A stretch of 64,000 nucleotides of DNA, taken from assembly GCF_052425735.1 (NCBI RefSeq), contig NC_135760.1, positions 1,612,001-1,676,000 of the forward strand, given 5' to 3'. How positions within the stretch are numbered: position 1 is the first letter of the stretch; each line of letters begins with the position of its first letter. The notes under the pieces were generated by a model. It ran no database searches and was not told the origin of the DNA. It saw nothing but the letters and a program-made list of their open reading frames with translations. Origin of the DNA: Oculina patagonica (Eukaryota). Positions 24,574 to 36,200 of the stretch are shown here, piece after piece. The position numbers were made by a program, and so were the translations under genes.

Positions 24574-26304
24574 TATCGCTTTGATCTTAGAGTGGCTCTT
24601 TCTTTCCTTGTGTACAAAATTGATATATGTTGATTGTGTATTAAAAATTGAAGACATATTTTATCTTTTGCAACATGAGTACGTTCATTAGAAATACTTT
24701 CACAAAAGGTTAATTTAAACTAAGCTGGTGAAACACATTTTACATGTAATTCGCACCTTTCTGGCTTCGATTAATAAAGCGTTTTTAGGAATTACGAATT
24801 TACATAGAACTGGGCGCCATTCAGTCCAAGCAAAGTCGAATAAAAGGCCCTCAATGGGGTTACTATTATTAGCCGTTAGCCGTAAAACAAACAAAAAATT
24901 AACCGTTAGGCGTAAAAATTGAAGAATTTTAACCATTAGCCGTAGAAATGTTAACAGTTAAAAAATTCCAGCCACTAAAATGAAGGACTCAAGATCTCCT
25001 GTCAAGACGCGTCGAGCTCAATCTCGTCCCCAGAGGCCGCGATCATTTTGGTCTGCGGCAGGGATCGGGACCCTGGCATTGAAACTCGCCACAAAGGCGT
25101 CTAAATCTTATTGGCGCAAAACTGGTTCGTTTCACCACACTCCGGCGCACGCGCAGAATCTGGAACCAGGATTTCCTGCCTTCCTGGTTCCGGTTTGGAT
25201 CGCCAGAGCCGCGAGTTCCGACCGTGGAGGGGACGCAGGCTGGGAGGATTGCGTGAGCATGCTTTTTGCGTGAGCTATGCTTTTGGAAGCTGGTCAAGGG
25301 GAACGGAGAGGTTGAATAATTGAGCTGGGGTTTCACAGGAGAACACTGAGAACGCTAAGTTCGTTGTCCATTCCATCAAATGCTAGCTCGTTGATTTAAG
25401 ATTTAACAAGCTTAGCACCCATTGCACTAAGGAGTTTGACAAGTGTGATGGCTAAACAGCAAACACGGGTACCTTGTACCTCGACATAACAGAATTGTTT
25501 TATTTCCAGCTGACAGCCATTCCGCCTGCCAGTCCCTAGGCGTTCTCCCCCCCGGGCGAGCGCGAGGTCCACGTAAGGGCCTGGGAACGGGTTAGCGTGC
25601 CGGCCGGAGAACCGCCAGTGTCATCGGGACGTCACGAAATTCGCGCCAAACGAAAGCGGGAAGGGACGCCGACCGCGCCACCGCAAAAAAACCCCAGGAA
25701 GGCATGTTGGTACGGACCGCCCGGGAGCCCCACACCTACCACCCCTGTTCCAAAATCCTTCTGATGTATAAGGTCAACTGCATTCTTGCACTAATGGCTC
25801 TTTGTGTTTTTTGGTTATTCTTAGAAATAAACCGAGACGTCAAAAAAGTCTAACAAAGCTAACTCATGATTCGGCAATGTTTTACTATGATAAATACGAC
25901 GTCTGAAATTTTTTTTAAAAATTAATTTTCTAATTTCTATCTTATTGTTACTCATGAATTGGAAGAGAAAACACTAATCAAAACCAAACAGAAGCGCCAC
26001 CAACGGGCGGCCCCTCCCCAGGGGTGGCACGCCCACACGGGACAGCGGATGGCGACGCGGGACGATGATGACTCCTACCCGCGCCTGCCCATGTCGACCA
26101 GAATGCATGTGAAGAGATCAAGAAGGGGGAAAGAAGTGGGAGACGAGGGAGAAGAGAAAAAAAAGATGAGACAGAAAGGGGCAAGTACGCTAATGATCAA
26201 GATAAGAATGGGAGTACAAAGAAGTCAGACGCACCTACGTGATTGGTGCAAGAGAAAAACAAATCACAAGGCCAGGAGGGATTCAAATCCAAACCCTCTG
26301 TGTC

Positions 26305-27560
26305 ATGGAAACGGACACCAGGAGCCGGTGTGATGACCCGACTGATCGAAACAGCCCATGACACAGCGCCACTGGAGGCACGAAGAGTGGGCCGGACAAC
26401 GCCAGTGAGAGAGAGATTGGAGTCCCGGGGGAACCATGACGCCGACCAACGAATCAAAGGTGGAGGGGCAAAAGAGGCGACAACTGGTGTGAAATGTGGA
26501 AATTGCGACAAGAAAAGCGCACAGAGTTTGTACTGTTTCCAGTGTTCTTCTTTCTGGTGTGATTTTTGCATCACTGGGCACAACATAATCCGGACTAATG
26601 CCGGGCACAGGGTGTTAGCGCTGAAAGACTTTGAAGATCAAGACATCGAGGACGTATTGAAGCGACCAGCATTTTGCCAGCAGAAGCACCACGAAAAAGA
26701 AGAGTTAAAGTTCTTCTGCAAGGACTGCGAAGTTGCTATTTGCCATTTTTGTGTTGCAACTATTCACGAAGGTCACGCCAAGATACTCCTCGAAGAAGCG
26801 GCATGTGAACGAAAGTTGCATGTTCAATCTTTTATTGAGTCTTTGAAGCAAATAGCAGAGGAAAAAGTTGAAAAAGTCAGGAAACTCGACGGAATGATCA
26901 CCAAAGTTCAAAAGAACGTTGGTAACGTAAAAAGAGAAGTAGAAATGTATGCAGCCAGAATGGTTGCAGTTATGGAAGCGAAGAAAGCGGAAATTTTCCA
27001 TTTACTTGACAATAAAGCGGGCGAATCACTTAATTAAGCATCTCGCACAGAAAAGAAATGAGACTGGAGATCAGGTGGATATGGTTTACACAGAAATCGA
27101 AAAAAGTGAATCACTTTTGAAACGTAGCACCAGCGCTGAAATCGTACGATTCGATGGTTTATTGGACACAATCCGCTTTCAGGAAGACCCTGTCCCTCCA
27201 CGCATCCCCTGTTTTCGTTTCGTTGGATGTGAAAATAACTTTTGGAACTTAAAGACTAATGGAATAGGTTCTGTGCAGGTTAGAATTCCTGGTGGGTGCA
27301 TCCTGTACGTTAAATACTTGGACAATGCCATTGATGATGCACGCCTTTGTAAGGAGTTCAGTGCTTACGGAACAGTCATAAGTGCTAAGGTCATGATGGA
27401 CGACAAAAATAACTCCAAAGGGTTTGGTTTTGTTGCTTTCTCGTCCAAAGAAGAAGCCACTGAAGCTTTAAATGAGATGAATGGGAGAATTTTGTTATCC
27501 AGGGCACTATATGTCGCCGTAGATCGTGGTTCTTCCACGGGTCTTCTCCTTAAAGGTTAG
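26305..27560 (+). pseudogene. TRIM (RING?-Bbox1-Bbox2-coiled coil) fused to a PABP-RRM4-like domain; disrupted in this assembly
   Basis: B-box1 is CGNC..CFQC..WCDFCITGH..H and B-box2 is CQQKHH..FFCKDC..ICHFC..IHEGH, followed by a coiled coil. After a +4 nt TTAA duplication (27030-27037) the frame continues into an RRM with RNP2 LYVKYL and RNP1 KGFGFVAF. The RING region 26305-26480 is garbled. Confidence 0.85.
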
Positions 27561-30233
27561 GATTGTATATAATGCCCATCGCTACAACTATTGATCCAGG
27601 GTCCCTTGCATCAATGGACTGAACAAAACAATGTAAGCCACAGGGAACGTGTTTAGAGGTTTGCCTGATTGAAGTTAATAAGCTACTGGTAAAACCTGAT
27701 GCACACTCTGACTCAGGAAAGTTCGACATTACGTAGACCCAAACCACAGACTTTCGAATTCTCTAAGTATTTAATTTCTCTTCTTTTGCTTCAAACTTTG
27801 TAAACTCACGCGCCATTTTCTTAGATTTGCCACAGAAATCAGAGTAACTTGTAGGCTGAAATGTTTTAAAACTCGTCACATAAATATTTATTTAATATAA
27901 TAGCATTCGATTTTTCTTAACATGAATGTAGGAGCCTGGGCGATTGCAGCCGGACTTTTCACCAAAATATTTAACAATTATTCCAGGGTTTAGTTCTTCT
28001 GCAACGCAGGTGAATGTAGGCTGAGGGGATTGTTTTTATTTTTCACCAAAATAACTTACAATTTTGTGATATATAAAATACTTCTAACTTTCTTCGTCAT
28101 TTTAGTGTTGGATTGCTGAGAGTGTATGTGATCTAGGGCCGTTTACAAGCAGGCGGGTAACCCTAGACAGGGTCCCAGACCGGGACCCACGCTCCCACTT
28201 CTCTCATCGACGTGACGGCGCAGGGAGTAGTGCAGGCCCAGCGCAGGCCCGCCGCGCCGGCGCACCCGGGAAACGCCCAAGAATAACGACACGAACAAGG
28301 CCGTGCCTGGGAGGAACGCACAGGGAGGCGGGGAGGGCCCACCCGAGGCCGGCACCCCCCGGGGACCCAGCACCAGGACCCACCGCACGCCAGGCCCAGA
28401 AAAGGGAAGGAGGGAAGGACACGGAGAGAAGCCAGACACGAGATGTGACAACGACAACGGAGACAGGAAAATGGCAAGAGACAAACAAGTCGACAAGCTG
28501 GCGGGCAGGACCAAAAGTGACAACGAAAGCCGGAGACGACTCATCACAAAAATGTGGCAAAAGCGTCAGCAAATGGTCCCCAATCCCCAATGGGCACTGT
28601 GCACGCGATCTCTGCCGTCCAAGGTCAATTGTTGTGTCACACACGACAAAAATGTCACATAAAAAGCCCGTGAAACCCGGCATAGTCACGGACCCTCAGT
28701 TGCGGGCTGTATCCCGAATGGGACACCAGGTGCCGGGACTAGTGCAGTTCTTTCATGTACGAAATATGACAGGTGGGAATCGCGATTCCTGTCTCTCGTT
28801 CCAGTTCTCCTAAATGTCCCTTTCTTACCAGTTCACTTCAGTTAGTTGAGCAAGCCGTACTTTATTACTTTAGAGACTTGTTTTATCATCAAGTTCTCTG
28901 ATCTGGGAAAAACTATTTAGGGTAATGAGTAAGAAGATTAACATTACGCTGATGCAACCAGTTTTAATTTCAAAATAAACTATTATTTACAAAATCCAAA
29001 CTTTACATTTCTTACAAAGTTACTTTACAAAATCTTTCCATATAAAGAGGGCTCTTATACTTTATAATAAACATTAACCCAACTATTCATTTGATTTTTG
29101 CACCATATATAAATCTTATGTATTTTTTCCCCACAAGCCAGTACAAGTTACCCATATCAATATCCAAGTACAGTAAAATGAATTTTGAAGTGTGAAATAA
29201 CGATTTTCCTCAATTGTTGTTGTATATAAAGTATTTTGTGTTAAGAAAAACTAACTGTAACGAGTAGATTAAACAAGTACAAACGCGAACATGACACTCA
29301 ATGTGAACTGTTTACATTTTACCAAGTCCAACGGACTTAAAATCACCCCCGATATCTACGGTATTAATAATATAAAATGCTTTTCTAGCACCATTTCTTT
29401 AGATAAATCACTGAAGTAAAATTTCTCAATTAAGGAATGAGTGTCAGTAATCAAAATGCAGAAACAACTGCCACACAATAATAGTTAATTTCAAAGATGA
29501 AATTAAAACTTGCATTCCTTTCTGGAAAATGTCGACGCCTTTTGAAAAATTTATAGAACCTTAATTTAAAGGTTTTTTCCAACACTCCTGAAATTAAAAA
29601 ACTCTCATCACTGAGTGAACTACCTTGCTAATCTAATTACCGTAGCCCATTGCTGTACTGATTGAAAAAACGAACACAAAAAAGTTGTCTCTTGTTGAGT
29701 AAGAAGGAATCCAAACCTGTAGGTAAAATTGTAACTTAGCTTTCCCAAATTAAAACTTGCCTGTTATTTTTACAACCCAGTTACAAGGCAAATCCCCAAT
29801 CTACATCACCACACCCAACAGGAGTGTCAAAAACAAACAAAAGAATAACTCCCAACCAGAGATCTGGGCACCCCGAGACAATACAAGGTGGGACACCAAC
29901 GAAAGGTGTCCCGGAACGCAGCTGAACCACCAGAAAAGGAAGCACGACGGCACTGTGCCCGAGAGCTGGCCCGGCCCAACGACACCCGAACACGGCACGC
30001 CAGCGAACGGAGCCACGAAACGGTCGGGGTGCCCTGAGGGACTGCTGACAATCTGCGAGTAGAACTGACCGATGAATTTAACAACACTCTTTCTCAATGA
30101 TTTACATATTACTATTTTCTTTAAGCAGAACTTTAAATATAAGTTTTTCCAAATAATTTCATTGTCTGAAATAATTTACATCAATATCAATATTCAGTGA
30201 TCACTGTAAGAGGTTATTTTTCTGTGAGTGTGG

Positions 30234-33200
30234 TTATTCTGTTTCCATGCGCTTGACATGTGGCAATACCTCCCACTGTGGGACATGCAGATCAAACTCC
30301 AGAGCCACTACAGCTTGGAATTCAAACTTGAGGAGTTCTTTCACTGATATTCGAAGCCTGTCCTCAATAGCCTGTAATAAGAATAATAGGGTAAACGTTA
30401 AGTCAATTCAATCCTTGGGATTCGAGGAGCTAGAACGCTAATCGGTGCTGGTTGCACCTGCTTATAAAAATCCAGTTTCAGAGAACAAATGAGATTTTGT
30501 AAAATCATATTTGAATTATTTTAATCAATTCTTTGATTCCTGAAGTTAATCCTACAGTGTGCTACCATGCAAATAAGGGAATACTAGTAGGCCCTGTCTG
30601 CGCACAGGCTATACATCATGAACTTTCCAAAGATACAGTTTGCAACTGGAAGAAATTATAATACCTCAATAAGCTCCTTGACTTTGTCTCTTTTCATGTC
30701 ATCATTAAATTTTGCTGCTAGCAACAAACAGGACCCTAAATACAACAACAAAGATAAGCAAGGTCTGGTCAAATTTATGAAATTATCAATGAATACTGGT
30801 TTATGAGCTGAAGCAGGAGAAAAATGGAACTGCTTCTATCTGTACAAGTGTTGCTATGAGAATACTTATGGAAACTGTATCAATGGGGCCGGGGGGGGGG
30901 GGAGGAGGGAGAGGATGGGCCCAGAGCACCGAGCGCCGGGAGAGCGGGGGGGAGCGGCAAGAACGGAGCGCACGGATGGGGAAGGAGCCGCAGGCAAACC
31001 ACAGGACACGGGGTCAGTGTACTGTAACACGATCGAAGTCACTACATTTAACCTCTTACACTAATTACTGTTTGTCATTAGTGTAGGTACAAATTGTAAC
31101 ATGCCATCTTATAAACCCTTTTGTACATTTGAAAATTGAAATGCTGACTCGCTGCACATCAACAGTATGTTTACGGTCATTTTATCATTTTTACCCCATT
31201 TTAAAAATTCCAGAGGTTGACTGTTTGATGAAATCTACAGGACACCACACCTGAGTTTTAACTTCACATCTCCACCACTTAAGTTTTTAGATGTCCTCGC
31301 TCATACAAACTTTGTTTAAAAACTACACTTCAGGCATTAGACAGAAGCTTACCTGCCAGCAACTTTCTATTTCCTTTACTTATTTTTTCCTGTAAAAGAA
31401 TGATACCAGAACATTGTCAAAGACCCAGAAAAAGAACATGTTTAACCTTAACTTGAATTACAGACACCGGTATACAGAACATTTTGGTGTGCAACAAATG
31501 CAGACTTAACACACCGGCGACTTGCAAATTTCTTTTTAAGTATGTATCATTTAATATTATTGAGAGCCACATGTAAACAGGGTAACGGGAACATTATTCA
31601 GGCTAACCAGGACCTTTTTTCAGGCAAACCAAGGTGCTATTCAAGCTAACTGGAGTGCAAGTCTGCCAGTTTACAGTTGTCAACCACTAATAACATTTAG
31701 TTCAATCAAAATAAAATAAAAATAACAGCTAGGACAATGCTTTTAGTAATACACATGATTTACTGACTGACATGATTTTCTCAGTAAAAATTAGCCTTGA
31801 ACTAGCTAGTGTGAATGAAAAGAAGTAATTATTAATGATAAAAGCATTGCACAACCATCATAATTTTACGACCTCCCTATATTGTGTACTAGTACTAAAA
31901 CATGTAACTTAGAACTATATGTACATGTTCTGGCTTGCAAACGCAGGCTATTTTTGAAGATTATGAAAAAACAGTTGAGTTGCATCACCACTGACACCAA
32001 GGTCTTAAAATACACAATTTTACCACATAATGTTTTGACAGAAAACTTTAAATAACTGAAACAACTACAAGTATGTTTACCTTTAAAATTAGTTTTTCAA
32101 AATAGACAAAGGCATAAGCCACTGTTGTCAGATCCAGCTGACATTCCTGAAAAGAAGAGATTGGAGAATAAATTATTTGTTTTTAACAGCCAGAAGACAT
32201 ACGATTTATGACGCTTTAATATTACATTATTGGTATTACAAAACTGGTAGAGAGTGGAAGTGTTAATAATTAAACAGGTTCTGCAGTATAACAAACACAA
32301 CAATTGACAAGACTATGTTTAAGTTAATTAATATTAAAAAACTTACCTGTGAAACAGCTATTTTGACAATATCTTTCTTTAGGCTGAAAAGTGAGAAACA
32401 AAAAAAAATTGCATTTAACTGAACAGCTTCAGTACAAGTTAAGTGTGCCAAAGACATGGTGGGTTGCTAATCCATTGCAGGTAGCATTTCTGTAATACCT
32501 ATCTGCTTACGGTGCCTCATATGGAAGGAGGCTCTGTAAGAGTTATTAGTGCCTTGGCCAAGATCCAGCACTATCAATCTGGTTAGCCCTCAAACCTGGA
32601 ACACTTGATCCAGAGTTCCATTAGGACACCCAAGCTCTCACTGTAAGCTTTTCATTGGTGCTATGCACATTAAAGTAAGCAGACCTGTACCTTCGCAGTT
32701 TAGTGAGTGTAATGTTGAGGTTTGGGAACTTTTCCCTGAACTGTTCATTCAAGTCTTTTTTCAGCTCAGATGGCTTTGCATATGTTATCATGGATACCTA
32801 TAAAGGAAGTCAAAATAAATTACCGCAAAATCTCAGTTAAACCAAACAATCATCGTTTCACTTTGATTGGTTTGTGCACAATACAATTTTTGTCATGTTA
32901 TTAAAGAGCTCAGCAAACATAAACCAATCAAAAACAATTAGCATAATTATACACATAACTAAGTTATGCTGGGTCATGAATATTGGTTTCCAGGTTAAAT
33001 CTGTTTTGACCTGAAGATTGGATCATAACGGGCGTAGGATCTTTGATGAATTTTGGGATGTTTGGCAATGTGACGAAACCAGGGGATGAAACACTGTCTT
33101 GAGTGTTTGTTATTAATTTCTCAAACTAATAAACAATTCGTCAAGTTAAAACAAAGAAAATCATAACTATAAAGGGGTGTTCATACCCATTCTTAATTAG

Positions 33201-36200
33201 CATAGATATATATTTTTTCCTTTTTTGTTTACTCTGAAGCTTTTGTTTCCAATGAGAAGGTATATCAAACACTCGAGACACTGTGTTTCATCGGCTATCC
33301 AACACCTCAAATTTTGTCAAAAATGCTTCACTGAATGTCATATTTTCAATTCTTTTCTTGGTATTGAAATATCCCAATGAAACACTGTCTCAAGTGTTTG
33401 ATGTATTACATCTTCTTAATCGAAACGAAAACTAGGAGAAAAGGGAGAAATAAGATCACAAAAGTCTACGCTAATTACATGTAAGATCATAATTATTATA
33501 TCTACATGTAAACCACTGTCATCATCAAGTTAGGACTTCCTTTGTTTTACATTGACAAAGTTCATTTAGAAGTTTGTAAAATTGTATTCATACCATGTAA
33601 GATGCAAGGTTAAGAACCTTCCTGTGACGTCCTGAAGTCAATTCAGGATCATCAAGAAGGTGAGGATGGTACCCACTGGGTGAAGTAAAAGCACTGTCGA
33701 CAGACTCTACAAGATAGAAAGAAAACAAGTGAAAAATGCCTTTGAATCAACTACTTGTAAAAGCCTGATCTTTTGATTTGTAAAATTGAACACATTAAAA
33801 AGCACACAAGCAAGGGAAATCTGTAAATGCATATTAATTACCATCTTTACCAAGTGGGGCTCCTCCAGGATCCACGGGTGAAGATGTCAGTCTGCTTGCA
33901 GCAGCCTCATTCCAACCATATGGGTATGTTGATATAAGGAATGATCTGTATGATACAGGCTGACGACAAAAGTATCAAACACAGTCAAATAAATATAATC
34001 CTACTCTGAAGGGTACCTATGGCATGAATCACTGAGCAGAGGTCAAACTTTTGGCAATGTTGCACTGTGTAGTCACTACATGTACAAGGGACTAACATTT
34101 GAAATCATGCCACACAATTAATATGAGAGGAACTGACCAATGACCATGCATTCATGATTTATGATTTATGTGTCTATTGGTTTAGTGTAAATTGTAAATT
34201 AATAATTTTACGTTTTACTGGAGTAAGCACCATGTTGTCTTAATGGTGACAAGTGCGCCTTTCCTTAACACGTAAACTCTGACTACTCAAATTATTAATG
34301 GTTACATTTTTCACTGTGATAGCTATAAAGAAACAAAATGAATAAAATTCACCAAAGACGACCCATTGAAGTGAAATTCTCTTTGTCCAGACAATCTTAG
34401 CAGACATCTTAGAAAACAGAAGCTCACTTTAACGGGTTTAAAAGTAGCCTGAATTTCAGATGTCCCTCTCTGGTCGCCCCAGGGGGGTACTCCGGCTTGT
34501 AAATGACGGGGATGATCGAATGGAGGCAAAACTCAGGACCCAAAAAAAGCCCTAAGTTTTCCGACATTACCCAAAAAAATCCCTGGACCAAAAATAACCC
34601 CCAAAAAAATCCCTTGTCAAATTACCCCTAAATTGCCAGGAGGGGCAATAACATAACACAAAGGACGCTCGTTTTGTTTATTAAATCATACCAAAAATAC
34701 GCCAAGGCCGCGCCAAGGCACTTAAGTTCGTTTAATACCCAAAAAAATCCCCTATTTAAATCAAGTCACCCAAAAAAATACTTGCCAAATTAGTACCCCC
34801 CTGGGCTGGTCGCCTGCTTCCAAGAATGGACGTCTGAAAAAATCCAACCCGTACGCCGTTTGTCAGTGTCCACAGTTAAGGTGAGGTTTTTTTTTTTTTT
34901 TGTTTTTTTACATTGTACATGTAGGATATTCTTTTACTGAATTCTGTTTATTGATGCCTCTGATCATGATCTCATCCATTTGTCTCAAGTTTCCAACACT
35001 TTACTATTAAAACAATTTTATATCCTGTAATCCTTTATTAAAGTTATTTTTCTTTCACAAAGTCATGGCCTCAACAGAAACTTTTCTGCATGAATTAAAC
35101 CAAAGTGTAGTGACATCACTGGACTGCATTAGGGCCGGATTTTTCTAGATCTTCCTTCTTAGAAGCAGGTGACCAGAGAGGGACGGCTGAAATTCAGGCT
35201 TATTAAAAGGTCATGTCTGTACGTGTAGGTAGTGATTGGAGAATTTTATATTTTTTCAGGGTTAATTATTTTGCTGTTGCTTATTGCAGTAATTATGACT
35301 GACAGCAGCAAAAACACAATCTTTACAATGTGGTAATGTCTGTTATCGAAAGACACTAGCTGCAAGCATTTTTCCTTTGTAGCTGAAACAGATACCTTAT
35401 CAAATGTTCCTAGTTCAACTCCCTCAATTCCAACAAACTGGCTTGGCCCGGTTGTTACTGATATCTTTTTAACACTGTAGAAAGAGAGGATACCATTCTG
35501 TATTTTTATCTACTATATTTGTCAGAAACCCATAAGGTATGAAACGTGTAACTCCCTATGATTCGCATTGTACAATGCATTTGCACATTCATTTCTTCTA
35601 AGTACCATATTTGGAAAATCAGGAGAAAAACTTAGCCAATCAAAATTGAAATATTTGGATTAAATCCACAGTGTGCGCAGCTCGCGCTCGATGGCTTAGT
35701 CTTGTTTTTGACAAAGCTTGGTTGAATAGAGTTGAATTTCATTAAGCTTTCCTGTTTTTTCGTCATTAAGTACACTGGAGAACTTCGCTTGGATACACTT
35801 AATGAATTTCTTTAGTTTCTGTAAGAAATTTACGGCATTTAGGTCGGAATTCATGTATTTCACCGTAAAAATCGGAAATGTTGTTGCGTGTGTCATTACG
35901 TGTGGAAAGCATTCGCGTACAAACTCTTCGTGTTTCCAAATATGGTACTTGTCAAAACTGAATATTCAAACGCTGTGAACACGTGTTACACATTTCAACT
36001 CTTTGAGTTTCTGCTATTGTACATACATGTAGAAGAACTTCAAGTTATTGAAACTTTAAATAGCTCTCAAGCTGACCCCACAAGAAAAAATTGAATTAAA
36101 GTTATCCATATTTTAATTAAAACAGACGTTTAGTACCAGTTCAAAACAAAATAAAGAGGTCAAAGAAACCCTATTTTTGACCTTTTCTTTCATAAACTTA

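Noticed and set aside
26305-26480. Kinetoplastid-style U-insertion RNA editing of the RING region
   Set aside because: The same plus-strand T loss occurs in introns, a UTR of a minus-strand gene and both tips of an inverted repeat, so it does not follow transcription direction. An assembly artefact is the simpler explanation.
28140-28813. Stack of overlapping ORFs suggesting a GC-rich foreign (HGT or viral) gene
   Set aside because: The ORFs arise because T depletion removes stop codons. No motifs are recognisable, and the segment starts like an ordinary MITE end.
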